64,000 nucleotides of DNA from Calditrichia bacterium (lineage in GTDB: Bacteria; Calditrichota; Calditrichia; RBG-13-44-9; J075). The stretch is from positions 1 through 64,000 of the forward strand of contig JBOEGD010000008.1 in the NCBI GenBank assembly GCA_050633245.1. The letters run 5' to 3'. The translations under genes and the position numbers were made by a program. The notes below the pieces were generated by a model. It worked only from the letters and a program-made list of their open reading frames with translations. It ran no database searches and was not told where the DNA came from. Position 1 is the first letter of the stretch; every line of letters starts with the position of its first letter. Shown piece after piece: positions 1-9,788 of this stretch.

Positions 1-47
1 CTTCGTTTATTCTCCCAAGACTATTCTTAGTCTAAAACATTTCTTTC

Positions 48-86
48 AGCGTCCTGTTTACCTTGGTAGACAGGACGCTTTTTTTT
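48..86 (+). terminator. Intrinsic terminator of an upstream gene outside the window
   Basis: Stem AGCGTCCTGT...ACAGGACGCT followed by a T8 run. Confidence 0.75.
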
Positions 87-260
87 GCACAAGTCCACAC
101 AGTGTGTTATCTTTATTACATTAATTTTGTAATGTGGATTACGCTAGTCGCGATATAAATGTGAATGCTTTTTTGACCAAGTTGTATACCTTCAACCCTT
201 TTTTACATGCCTTCTTATGATATACAGGCCTTTTCAACTACACAGAATTTAGGATTACAA

Positions 261-2033
261 ATGATATTCAGAACAATTCTTCTGCTGCATATTGTTTTTT
301 CTTCATCTTGTTTATTGGCTCAACAGGAAATCGTATTTGAAAATCGTGCACTGGCCTTGGGAATAGATCTCACCTATAACAATCAGTCCTTCGGTGGTGG
401 TGTTAGCTTTTGCGATTTTGATGGCGATGGCTGGGATGATCTGACTTTTGCCAGTTCAAATGGACAAACCCTGTTTATTCTGAAAAACTATGCGGGAGGA
501 TACTTTAGCACAGTTGGACAAATAGGAATAAGTGTGGCAGCACCATCGAAAACTATTTTATGGTTGGATTACGATAACGATGGAGATAAAGATCTTTTTG
601 TTGCTAATGTCGACCACAGTAATAAGCTCTATCGTAACGATGGCAATAACTTCTTCGATATAACCGCATTGTCGGGAATTTCCACGACTGCCCAAAAGAC
701 TATTGCCGCTTGTGCCGGTGATTATAATAACGATGGATATCTGGATCTTTATATCACCAATCGAAGCGGTATGATGCCCAATTATCTATATCGCAACAAT
801 GGCAACGGTACATTTACCGATGTTACGCCGCTGGCGGGAGTGGCCGATGCGAGCCGCTTACCGCTGGCTGCAGCTTTTTTAGATGTGAATCGGGATGGCT
901 GGCAGGATATTTATATTGCAAATGACCGAATGGCCGGCAATACTCTTTTCATGAATAATGGTGATGGAACATTTGCAGACGTTAGTGCAAACTCTGATGC
1001 CGGTTTAACCATGGATGCGATGGGGATTGCCATTGGAGATTATGATAATGATTTCGATCTGGATATGTATATATCAAACACAGAAGTCGGAAATGCACTT
1101 ATGCAAAATGACGGCAATGGAAATTTTACCAATATTGCTGCTACTGCAGGAGTTGAAGTGAATAAAGTGTGTTGGGGGGTGAACTTTCTGGACTACGATA
1201 ATGACACCGACCTGGACTTGTATGTTTCTGTGAACCATCCAAGTCCTGAAGTTACCGATATTAGTAACGGTTTTTTTGAGAATAGTAGCGGAAACTTTAA
1301 CTGGCGATCCAATGTTGGTTTCGAAAGCGATAGTTCATTTAGCTGGGGCAATGCTATAGGGGACCTGAATAACGATGGCTACTACGATATTGCGGACATC
1401 AATTCGCTACCAGACCGTGCCAGCGTGTGGCAAAATAGCGGTGCTGAAAACAAATGGATAAAACTTATGCTGACAGGAACTGTGAGTAACCGGGATGCAG
1501 TTGGAAGTATTATCGAGGTTCATGTCGCCGGGCAAAAGTTTATTCGCAGTATACATTGTGGCCTAAGCTACCTGTCGCAGAACAGTTCTACTGAAATTAT
1601 TGGTCTTGGAAGTGCAGGCCATGCCGACTCGGTGATTGTCTATTGGCCATCTGGCGATACCGATACTTATCAAAACCTGGCTGCTGGAAGTACATATCTT
1701 CTTGAAGAAGGAACAAATATTGTTTCTGGATTAGAAGATGCGGATCGGCTGAATAGCACGTTTACTCTCTATGGAAATTATCCGAATCCATTTAATCCTG
1801 GTACCACGATAAGCTATGAGCTCGCCAAACCAGCCAATGTTGATCTGACAATATACAATGCTCTGGGGATGCGGGTTAAAACGGTTCGAAGTGGACTGCA
1901 GCTAAGCGGACAACATAAATTGTTCTGGAATGGCCGTAATGATGCCGGCGAGTCAGTGGCAAGCGGTGTGTATTACTATCATCTTCAGGCTGGAAAAAAC
2001 GTGCGTTCGGCTAAAATGATCCTGATGAAGTAA
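261..2033 (+). CDS. Secreted FG-GAP/VCBS-repeat (CRTAC1-like) protein with ASPIC/UnbV domain and C-terminal FlgD-Ig/T9SS-like sorting domain
   Basis: Repeated DxDxDGxxD motifs; ASPIC-like SNRDAVGS...GLG...VYWPSG; NYPNPFNP tail. Start moved to ATG 261 (AGGA at 251, signal peptide follows); ORF track starts at 207. Confidence 0.85.
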   Translation: MIFRTILLLHIVFSSSCLLAQQEIVFENRALALGIDLTYNNQSFGGGVSFCDFDGDGWDDLTFASSNGQTLFILKNYAGGYFSTVGQIGISVAAPSKTILWLDYDNDGDKDLFVANVDHSNKLYRNDGNNFFDITALSGISTTAQKTIAACAGDYNNDGYLDLYITNRSGMMPNYLYRNNGNGTFTDVTPLAGVADASRLPLAAAFLDVNRDGWQDIYIANDRMAGNTLFMNNGDGTFADVSANSDAGLTMDAMGIAIGDYDNDFDLDMYISNTEVGNALMQNDGNGNFTNIAATAGVEVNKVCWGVNFLDYDNDTDLDLYVSVNHPSPEVTDISNGFFENSSGNFNWRSNVGFESDSSFSWGNAIGDLNNDGYYDIADINSLPDRASVWQNSGAENKWIKLMLTGTVSNRDAVGSIIEVHVAGQKFIRSIHCGLSYLSQNSSTEIIGLGSAGHADSVIVYWPSGDTDTYQNLAAGSTYLLEEGTNIVSGLEDADRLNSTFTLYGNYPNPFNPGTTISYELAKPANVDLTIYNALGMRVKTVRSGLQLSGQHKLFWNGRNDAGESVASGVYYYHLQAGKNVRSAKMILMK

Positions 2034-2035
2034 AA

Positions 2036-2088
2036 TAAACTGGAGCAGTTTTTAAAACTGCTCCAGTTTAAGTAAAACTGTCCCAGTT
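2036..2088 (+). repeat. Palindromic intergenic element, copy 1 (17-bp arms plus a third degenerate arm)
   Basis: TAAACTGGAGCAGTTTT-T-AAAACTGCTCCAGTTTA then AAAACTGTCCCAGTT; related copies at 5465 and 34466. Confidence 0.85.
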
Positions 2089-2282
2089 CTTTAATGCTAC
2101 TACCAGATTCCCCACCTTGATCTCCTGACATTTCTCTCCGATATTGTAACAATACGAATATGAAGCCTTCCTGCCCTGATAATTGTTTGAAAACCATTGC
2201 AGAACTGTGAAAATAGTTCATACAATTACGTTTGAGTGGGATTGGTGCAAAATAATCGTGAGTTAGGGAAGAGGGAAGGGCC

Positions 2283-5200
2283 ATGCGGACTCTCAGTTTA
2301 TTGTTAATGCTAACAATTCCGATGCTGTCACAAACGCATTACAAGCTGTATCTGGAAAAAGATGGTTTGTATCAGGTAACTGGAGAAGAGCTGGCCAATG
2401 CTGGCGTAGATATTGGTCAAATTAATCCGGCAACGCTTCAGCTGTTCTCGGATGGTCAGCGAATATTGCCTTACTCAACGTTGGATGCCGTTCCGGAATT
2501 ACAGGAAATGGCGATTCGCGTTGTTGATGGCGGCGATGGTCAGTTTAATAGCGACGACTACATTCTGTTTTATGGCGAAGCGCAAAACCGTTTCGTATGG
2601 GATGCTTCTTCTTCCTCATTTATGTATATCACCAATCCGTATGATAACCGTTCTTGTTATTGGTTGTTGATTAACGGACAGGCTGGAAAGCGCATACCTA
2701 TAATTGATGCCACGCCAATCTCCGGCACCTTGCGCGAGACGTATACCGATTATCTCCATCTGGAGGAAGACCATTTTAATCCGATGAAAAGCGGCCTGGA
2801 GTGGAGTTGGAATCTGTTTCGTGGACCACAGGATCAGTTCGACGTAAGCTTCGATCTGCCATTGGCTCCGAATGCACAATCGTCTATTTTGACGCTGGGA
2901 TCAAATCGTTTTGAGCTTTTTTATTATCCTCCAATTGGTGCTGCCTACGCAGATGCGGTTTTGAATGGACAGGTATTACCGGAAATCTGGTATATCTATA
3001 GTGCATTATATTCTGAATCCGTTTCGCTGGATACAGCGAACACTCTCATACTTAATTATTTTGCAAATGATAGTTTGCCGAGAATCGGCTTTAATTATCT
3101 GGAAGTAGAATACCTTCGGGAAACTGGGCTATCTGAAGTGTCCAAGAAGTTGTTCTTCGAACCCGCCACTGGTAGCTATATAACCCGCTATCGGGGTACC
3201 TTAAGTGGAGATATTCTCCTGCTGGACGTTACTGATCCGATAAATGTACGAGAGTTTAGAAGTAACAACAGCTTGCTTTTTGAAGAGACGATAGCCTCTG
3301 AAGCGCGAACATACTGGTTTAACCAGGAGGGTGCCTATTCAGCTGTTCAAAGTATTGAACCCGCACAGCGAGGCTGGATATTGTCTAATAGTGCCGAATA
3401 CATCGCAATTGTCGCAGAGGAAATGGAAGCTGAGATTCAGCCGTTGTTATCCCATCGGCAAAGCCTGAATGGCTTTGTAACGACTGCAATAACAATGGAA
3501 GAAATCTACAATGAGTTCGGTTTCGGCAAGAAAGATCCTACCGCTCTGCGAAACGCAATTAAGTGGATGACGGACAACTGGACACCCGGTCCGCGCTTTA
3601 TCCTGTTGGCGGGTGGCGGCTACTACGATTATCGAAATGTTTCCGGCGAGTTGCCAAACAATTGGGTGCCGACCTTTCAGGTCTCCGCTCCTAATGATAT
3701 TACTGCAAGAGAGGTCGATGACTATTTTGTCGATTTAACCTATAATGGAAGTGAAAATAATATAGAACCGGAAATTGCAATGGGGCGTTTACCTGCCGCT
3801 ACGCCTGCAGAATTAGCGATTATGGTGCAAAAGACGATTGATGCGGAAATTAATTTTGAACCGGGGCTTTGGAGGCTGAATACACTTTTAGTCGTGGATG
3901 ATGAATTTACTTCACGTCCCGGTACTGAAGTCTATTTTATGGAACAATCGGAATATATCGTGCAGGATCGAATACCGTACGGCACTCGCTTATTTAAGCT
4001 TTACGAGACTGAATATCTCCTGGTCGGTTCTGAAAAACCAGACGCTACGCGTCAACTGATTAGCTGGATGAATCAGGGAAATCGCATTCTTTCATATAAT
4101 GGACACTCTGCAGATTCGCAGTGGACGCACGAAAATTTGCTGAATGTGAATCGTGATGTGAAATCGATTAATAATACAAACAAAACAGGTCTGCTACTGA
4201 GTTATTCCCATATCTATTCCTTTGATAAGAATCAACCTGGAATTGCCAGGGAACTACATCGGTCTGAAGATGTCGGTATTTGGGGAGCAATGATACCAAC
4301 CGGACCGATCTTTAGATTTCGAAGCGAGCAAATGCACTATCGTTTTTGGCAAAAGTTATCGTCTGATTATTTGGGTGAAGCATTTATGTTTGCAAAAAAT
4401 GGTTCAGTTAGTAGTCAAAAATACCGTCTGCTGGCCGACCCTGCCATGCGGGTGCATTTGCCTGGGGAAACCATTGAAATTACATCGATTTCTCCGGATA
4501 CGCTGAAAGGTCGTGCTTTTGCTACAATCACCGGCGTAGTAAATAGCACGAATCCCACCGGTATGCTTTGGTTGGAGGTGCGGGAGCCGGGTGAGTTTAT
4601 TACGCGTGAAAACCTGACCTATGAAAGCACTGGCGCGGCGATCTTTCGCGGTAAGGTTCCGATTGTCAATGGAACATTCTTAGCGCAGTTTGTGGTGCCG
4701 GAAGATGTAAATAGTGGTGAAGTAGCCGCACGTGGAAAAATTCACGCCTATAGCTGGAACGGTAGCGAAGAAGGCATGGGCTTTGCCGATTCAATTGTTG
4801 TTGGCGGATTGGCACCCGGCATCAATGACAACACGTCTCCACAGCTGAGCCTGGTATTTGAAGGTGACAGTGCCGGTAATGAGGCCTATTTGGTAGCAGA
4901 TCTCTCTGACGATAGCGGAATTAATTTATCTGAACTGGGCAGTCGACACCCGGCATTGTTTATCGATGGCAATCGTCAGGATAGCTTGTTTGTAGGAGAT
5001 TTTTTCACATACAACGAGGGAAGTTACACTTCCGGAACGCTGCGTTACCCGCTGCCATATTTATCTAATGGCAGCCATAGTGTGACACTTGAAGTGTATG
5101 ATAATTATAATAACTTCGCCACAGACTCCCTCAGCTTTACCATTACCGGAATTGAGCCGCAGGATCAACTTCCAACGCGTATTTCACTTGGGGCTAATTA

Positions 5201-5459
5201 TCCAAACCCATTTAATCCCGCAACGACGATTCCTTTTACCCTATCTGGTGGAAAAAACTTCCTCGTGCGACTGGATGTCTACAATATTCTTGGTCAACGC
5301 GTTGCTACTCTACTTAATAAGGTTATGCCGCCGGGAGAGTATCTGACACAATGGAATGGCCGTAATGATGCCGGAGAGGCAGTGGCAAGCGGCTTGTATT
5401 ACTATCGTCTTCAGGCTGGAAACCATATACGGTCGGCCAAAATGATATTGCTGAAATAA
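2283..5459 (+). CDS. Peptidase C25 (gingipain/PorU-like) family protein with C-terminal FlgD/T9SS-like domain
   Basis: PorU-like N-terminus (DGLYQVTGEEL, DYILFYGE), EIYNEFGFG, IAMGRLP, YNGHS, LLADPA, DDSGIN; NYPNPFNP tail. Confidence 0.85.
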   Translation: MRTLSLLLMLTIPMLSQTHYKLYLEKDGLYQVTGEELANAGVDIGQINPATLQLFSDGQRILPYSTLDAVPELQEMAIRVVDGGDGQFNSDDYILFYGEAQNRFVWDASSSSFMYITNPYDNRSCYWLLINGQAGKRIPIIDATPISGTLRETYTDYLHLEEDHFNPMKSGLEWSWNLFRGPQDQFDVSFDLPLAPNAQSSILTLGSNRFELFYYPPIGAAYADAVLNGQVLPEIWYIYSALYSESVSLDTANTLILNYFANDSLPRIGFNYLEVEYLRETGLSEVSKKLFFEPATGSYITRYRGTLSGDILLLDVTDPINVREFRSNNSLLFEETIASEARTYWFNQEGAYSAVQSIEPAQRGWILSNSAEYIAIVAEEMEAEIQPLLSHRQSLNGFVTTAITMEEIYNEFGFGKKDPTALRNAIKWMTDNWTPGPRFILLAGGGYYDYRNVSGELPNNWVPTFQVSAPNDITAREVDDYFVDLTYNGSENNIEPEIAMGRLPAATPAELAIMVQKTIDAEINFEPGLWRLNTLLVVDDEFTSRPGTEVYFMEQSEYIVQDRIPYGTRLFKLYETEYLLVGSEKPDATRQLISWMNQGNRILSYNGHSADSQWTHENLLNVNRDVKSINNTNKTGLLLSYSHIYSFDKNQPGIARELHRSEDVGIWGAMIPTGPIFRFRSEQMHYRFWQKLSSDYLGEAFMFAKNGSVSSQKYRLLADPAMRVHLPGETIEITSISPDTLKGRAFATITGVVNSTNPTGMLWLEVREPGEFITRENLTYESTGAAIFRGKVPIVNGTFLAQFVVPEDVNSGEVAARGKIHAYSWNGSEEGMGFADSIVVGGLAPGINDNTSPQLSLVFEGDSAGNEAYLVADLSDDSGINLSELGSRHPALFIDGNRQDSLFVGDFFTYNEGSYTSGTLRYPLPYLSNGSHSVTLEVYDNYNNFATDSLSFTITGIEPQDQLPTRISLGANYPNPFNPATTIPFTLSGGKNFLVRLDVYNILGQRVATLLNKVMPPGEYLTQWNGRNDAGEAVASGLYYYRLQAGNHIRSAKMILLK

Positions 5460-5464
5460 GGAAA

Positions 5465-5518
5465 TAAACTGGAGCAGTTTTAAAAACTGCTCCAGTTTAA
5501 TTAAGACTGCTCCAGTTT
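5465..5518 (+). repeat. Palindromic intergenic element, copy 2
   Basis: TAAACTGGAGCAGTTTT-A-AAAACTGCTCCAGTTTA plus third arm AAGACTGCTCCAGTTT. Confidence 0.85.
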
Positions 5519-5628
5519 TTATACGTCCCTACTACATATTGCCTTTTCGCTTAAAGTATGTTACATTACTGCACTTGGGAGAGTGGAGTCATTGACATAG
5601 GACGAACATGACTAGAATATGGTGAATC

Positions 5629-7401
5629 ATGGATAAGATGCGATATCAGACTCTCATTCCCCGCAGTATAATCTTTCTCTGCTTTCTAACCCTTTTTAAC
5701 CTTCCTGTAAATGGCCAGGCAAGCTTTTCCGGTAAATGGTTCAGCAGCCTCGGTAATCTCGAATTAGCTACTCGCGGTAGTACCGTTAGCGGGAATTATT
5801 TGAGAGGCAGTTCTTCTAATGGTCTTGTTAGGGGAACGCTTTCATATGGAGGCGAGATTCTTTCCGGGAGATGGTCTGTTGACGATGCCGGTGGTCGTTA
5901 TATGATGCGAACACTAAAAAACAATGCCGGATTCTATGGACGCTGGTGGCGTCCAAACGGCAGCCTTGGCGGCACCTGGATTGGCGTAAAACAGGCCAAA
6001 AACATGTTGTTGTCCAGCGTTAACCCCGATAATCTTGCCGGAGTTTGGCATACCAATTATGGACGAATGACGCTCAATTTATCCGAGGGTGTGCTGCAAG
6101 GCGACTATAATGGGAAAAGCAATAGCGGAACGGTTAAGGGCACGGTTGATCGCCGGACAAACAAGTTTGTTGCTACCTGGAAAGACAGAAAATACTCTGG
6201 CAAGGTCATCATCCGTATGATGAAGGGTGGCGAAGCATTTACCGGCCAGTGGTGGTATGCTGATGGCGAATACGGTGGTCGTTGGTATGGCGTACGCTAT
6301 AAGGCGCTTAGTGGTTGTATACAAGGTGACTGTGCCGACGGACGAGGCGTTTACATTTGGGGAGACGGCAGTCGGTATCACGGTGGCTGGCGAAATAATA
6401 TCTATCATGGAAGTGGACAAAAATATTCTCCCAATGGAAACCTCGAGAACTCCGGTATCTGGAAGGACGGACTTTTTCAGGGAAAACGTGTAAGTGGCGA
6501 GGTGATGGACGGAAAGGGAAAGCTACGCTATACCAATGGCAATGAATTCAGCGGCTTCCTTTCAGACGGTGAGCCCGATAGCACCGGAACCTTTCGCTTT
6601 GCCAACGGAAATACATATTCCGGAAGTTTGAAAAAAGGTCAGCTGCACGGTGCCGGAAAGTACGTATGGGCAAATGGTGATTCTTACGAGGGCGAATTTA
6701 AGTTGAATCGCATCGAAGGCATCGGCACATATACCTTTTTAAATGGAGATGTGTATACCGGAAAGTTTCGACGTGGACAGCGCTATGGAGCCGGGGATAT
6801 GACCTTTGCATCCGGCGATGTGTATAGTGGACGATGGCGTGCCGATAATATCTCCGGTCGTGGACTTTTCAAGTTTGTTGGTGGAGATAGTTATAAGGGC
6901 CAATTTCGCAAAGGCCAATTTCACGGACGTGGAACCTATACTTTTCGAGACAGCAGCTCTTTTAGTGCGCGCTGGCGAGACGGTGCTGCCGAGGCTATCC
7001 TTTCTTCTAAAAATATAGTTGACCCCACAGTAGATGGCGTTACCAATGCTGTGTTAATGCAGGGCACAAAGCCATTGCCGACAAAGGAACTGGTCTCCAG
7101 TGCAGCAACAACAGCCTATGTTGTTTACCGGCAGGTGCAGAGCAATGTAGATGATGGTGAGGGCAGTGTAAGCGAAGTTCTTTTTGATTACTATGTGATT
7201 GCAGTAGAAGGTGAATTTGATGAGGCTGCGGTTCGTGAATTCTTTGAAAAAAAGAGTGGAAAAAATAGTGCAGAATATCAAATAGAACAATCTGAAGATC
7301 CGCAACAGTTTATCCGCCAGTTTGCAAATCGTTTCCAATTTTCTATCCTCCCGACGCGCCTGAACAGTAGCGGTGAGCGCCATTTTACTTTAAAGGAATA
7401 G
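5629..7401 (+). CDS. Secreted MORN-repeat protein with two N-terminal Trp/Gly-rich beta domains
   Basis: Signal peptide; GCIQGDC motif then many YxGxF/W...G.G.Y.(F/W).NG MORN repeats; paralogue of the next gene. Confidence 0.8.
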   Translation: MDKMRYQTLIPRSIIFLCFLTLFNLPVNGQASFSGKWFSSLGNLELATRGSTVSGNYLRGSSSNGLVRGTLSYGGEILSGRWSVDDAGGRYMMRTLKNNAGFYGRWWRPNGSLGGTWIGVKQAKNMLLSSVNPDNLAGVWHTNYGRMTLNLSEGVLQGDYNGKSNSGTVKGTVDRRTNKFVATWKDRKYSGKVIIRMMKGGEAFTGQWWYADGEYGGRWYGVRYKALSGCIQGDCADGRGVYIWGDGSRYHGGWRNNIYHGSGQKYSPNGNLENSGIWKDGLFQGKRVSGEVMDGKGKLRYTNGNEFSGFLSDGEPDSTGTFRFANGNTYSGSLKKGQLHGAGKYVWANGDSYEGEFKLNRIEGIGTYTFLNGDVYTGKFRRGQRYGAGDMTFASGDVYSGRWRADNISGRGLFKFVGGDSYKGQFRKGQFHGRGTYTFRDSSSFSARWRDGAAEAILSSKNIVDPTVDGVTNAVLMQGTKPLPTKELVSSAATTAYVVYRQVQSNVDDGEGSVSEVLFDYYVIAVEGEFDEAAVREFFEKKSGKNSAEYQIEQSEDPQQFIRQFANRFQFSILPTRLNSSGERHFTLKE

Positions 7402-7769
7402 CGGTAAGTGTATAATAATGCTACAGTTTAACCGCAGATCAATTTAGATTGGTACTCTTTATCCCCTCGATATGAATTGCTCAAAAAATTGAACCGAGTG
7501 TCTGTTTAGTTGAACAAATTGCTAAATAGACACTGCTGCGAACGAGCAATGCAAAAGCTGACTACATTTTATTTTCTTTGAAAGCCTTGTCACAATTTTA
7601 GAGTTAAGTGTTTGTTCTTATTGATCTTGATTTCTTGTTTTTCTCATTCTCTCTTTGTCTATAGTTCCTGCCGATGTATTTTTCCTCTCCAATTAACTGC
7701 TTTAATTATGTCTGTTGTTTATTGATCATTGCATATCATTTACTCGTTACCACTATCCCTAGTCTTTTT

Positions 7770-7784
7770 TGGCATATACTTTGC
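7770..7784 (+). promoter_or_regulatory. Putative sigma54 (-24/-12) promoter of the second MORN gene
   Basis: TGGCATATACTTTGC matches TGGCA-N6-TTGC with exact spacing, ~50 bp upstream of ATG 7833. Confidence 0.65.
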
Positions 7785-7832
7785 CTTTCCCTGAGGAAAG
7801 GATTCAGTTCATTCAATGGAAGGATTATCGCA

Positions 7833-9620
7833 ATGATTACCAACGTGGTGAGGCACACTGTATTACATGCATTAATTCTGCTGACAATATCCGGATCGTT
7901 TGTTTTGGCAGGGTCAAAGGGATTTAAAGGAAATTGGCGCTCGACCTTTGGGCTTATTCAGCTTGATCAAAAAGGCTCGACGATACAAGGGAAATACAAT
8001 GATGCAGACGGAAGTGGCTATCTAAAAGGACACATCTCCCGCGATGGTAGGTTGTTGATCGGACGATGGAATGAAGGCGATATAAGCGGAAAATTTATAT
8101 TTCAAATGCAGAGTGGCAAAAATTCCTTTGTCGGTCGCTGGCAAAAAAACGGTGTAGCAAGATCAGGCAAATGGATGGCCGTTCGAGAAGCAGAAAACGT
8201 TGAAAGTCAGCAGAAAGAGCCTGAGGCATTTACCGGAAGTTGGGAAACCAATTTCGGACGTATGTCATTACGCTTCGATGGTAAAGTTCTTAGCGGTGAG
8301 TATAAAGGCAGACTAAACCGCGGGCGTCTTCAGGGAAGCCTTAACCCGAAAACCGGTAAATTCGTTGCTAATTGGCGAGACAATAAATATCGCGGAACTG
8401 TTGAATTTAGTATGCTGAAAGGCAATCAGGCAATTGCCGGAGAGTGGCGCTACAGCGATAATGAATATGGTGGCAAGTGGTATGGGATTCGTAAAACAGA
8501 AATTGGCGGAGCGATTTCCGGTGACTGTGAGAATGGCAGAGGAACCTATCTTTTTGCTGATGGTAGTCGCTATGAAGGCCGCTGGAAAGAAAATATGTCT
8601 CATGGAGCCGGGCGCCTGTATGATGAAAATGGCAAGCTGATTAAGAGCGGTATTTGGTCTGAAGGTGTTTATATGGGCAAGCTGGAGTCAGGCGATATAG
8701 ACAGCGGTAAAGCTAAAATAAAGTTGGCAAGTGGCGTTATATATGATGGGCAGTTCAAGGATGGGAAAATTTCCGGCAAAGGGACGCTCTCTTATGTAAA
8801 TGGAGATCGCTACGAGGGTGAAGTATCCAATGGACTCGCTCATGGAAAAGGAGTCTTAACCTGGAAAAAGACTCAGAACGCGTTTAGTGGATCGTTTCGG
8901 AACAATGCAATGCATGGTCGCGGCGTTTTTACCTTTAAAAACGGCAATGTATATGAAGGCCAGTTTCTCAACGGCAAGCGACATGGCAAGGGGCGCTTTA
9001 CCTGGACAACCGGTGATAGCTATGATGGGCAATGGAAAAAAGATCAACCCAATGGCCGTGGCATTTACACCTATACAAACGGTGATGTATATCGCGGTTA
9101 TTTGATAAATGGTTTAAAGGCCGATAAAGGAACTTACACCTTTAAGGATGGAAAAAAGATTGAAGCTGACTGGCAGAACGATCGCCTGAATTACCTGATT
9201 TCAGATAAAGCGAAGGGGACGCATTTCTCTCGCCCGGATGATATCGTTGTTAAATACAACAAGCTAATCTCCGATACCGATGATCAAGCCACTCCTGATG
9301 ATGACCTCTATCTTGCCTATACTATTAACCGTCAAACAGTGCGCTCGAACGGTAAGGGAAGCCGCCGCCAGGAAGTTGCGGTAAGCTACCTCGTGGTGTC
9401 TGTACCTAAAGAGATGGAGCGTGATCAGATCGAAGATTATATACGGCAACTTGGTGTGGTGCTAAACTCAGACTCCCGTTTAGAGCGAGTGCCAAATCCG
9501 GTAGCAAAAATTCAAAATGTCGTTAATCGCTATCGTTTCGATTTGTCCGAAACCCGTTTGAAAACAATTGACAATGGTTGGCACGCGTATTCGGATAACT
9601 TGCGGGCATCCTCGAAATAA
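7833..9620 (+). CDS. Secreted MORN-repeat protein, paralogue of 5629..7401
   Basis: Same architecture; start moved to ATG 7833 (GGAAGG upstream, signal peptide follows, promoter at 7770). Confidence 0.8.
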   Translation: MITNVVRHTVLHALILLTISGSFVLAGSKGFKGNWRSTFGLIQLDQKGSTIQGKYNDADGSGYLKGHISRDGRLLIGRWNEGDISGKFIFQMQSGKNSFVGRWQKNGVARSGKWMAVREAENVESQQKEPEAFTGSWETNFGRMSLRFDGKVLSGEYKGRLNRGRLQGSLNPKTGKFVANWRDNKYRGTVEFSMLKGNQAIAGEWRYSDNEYGGKWYGIRKTEIGGAISGDCENGRGTYLFADGSRYEGRWKENMSHGAGRLYDENGKLIKSGIWSEGVYMGKLESGDIDSGKAKIKLASGVIYDGQFKDGKISGKGTLSYVNGDRYEGEVSNGLAHGKGVLTWKKTQNAFSGSFRNNAMHGRGVFTFKNGNVYEGQFLNGKRHGKGRFTWTTGDSYDGQWKKDQPNGRGIYTYTNGDVYRGYLINGLKADKGTYTFKDGKKIEADWQNDRLNYLISDKAKGTHFSRPDDIVVKYNKLISDTDDQATPDDDLYLAYTINRQTVRSNGKGSRRQEVAVSYLVVSVPKEMERDQIEDYIRQLGVVLNSDSRLERVPNPVAKIQNVVNRYRFDLSETRLKTIDNGWHAYSDNLRASSK

Positions 9621-9621
9621 A

Positions 9622-9653
9622 TTAAAAGCCTCGCAAGCTTTCGCTTGCGAGGC
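9622..9653 (-). terminator. Intrinsic terminator oriented for the minus strand
   Basis: Minus strand GCCTCGCAAGC-GAAA-GCTTGCGAGGC-TTTT. Confidence 0.75.
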
Positions 9654-9696
9654 CCTGCGCTGTAATAAGTTAACCTCCCAGTATAACTTATTTCAC
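9622..9696 (-). ncRNA. Candidate sigma54-dependent small RNA (~75 nt)
   Basis: Bounded by a minus-strand -24/-12 promoter and a minus-oriented terminator; internal 9-bp stem with UACUGGGAGGU loop; no ORF. Confidence 0.45.
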
Positions 9697-9707
9697 TTTC
9701 CTATAAT

Positions 9708-9722
9708 ACAATCTGTATGCCA
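9708..9722 (-). promoter_or_regulatory. Putative sigma54 promoter
   Basis: Minus strand TGGCATACAGATTGT: correct spacing, -12 element TTGT rather than TTGC. Confidence 0.5.
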
Positions 9723-9788
9723 TAAAACTGGTTTTTACTTAAGTCCTTAATTTGCTGTGGTTAGGTGAGTTTTTCTGACTTAGATGAT

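Noticed and set aside
1926-5499. Diversity-generating retroelement (3'-end repeat pair + hairpin; Avd-like gene at 50391)
   Set aside because: Differences between the two copies are not adenine-specific, both copies are coding tails, and no reverse transcriptase is in the window.
7674-7832. N-terminal extensions in the ORF track (also 207-260, 22630-22755, 34345-34509)
   Set aside because: Downstream starts have better RBS and immediate signal peptides, and some extensions cover promoter or repeat elements.
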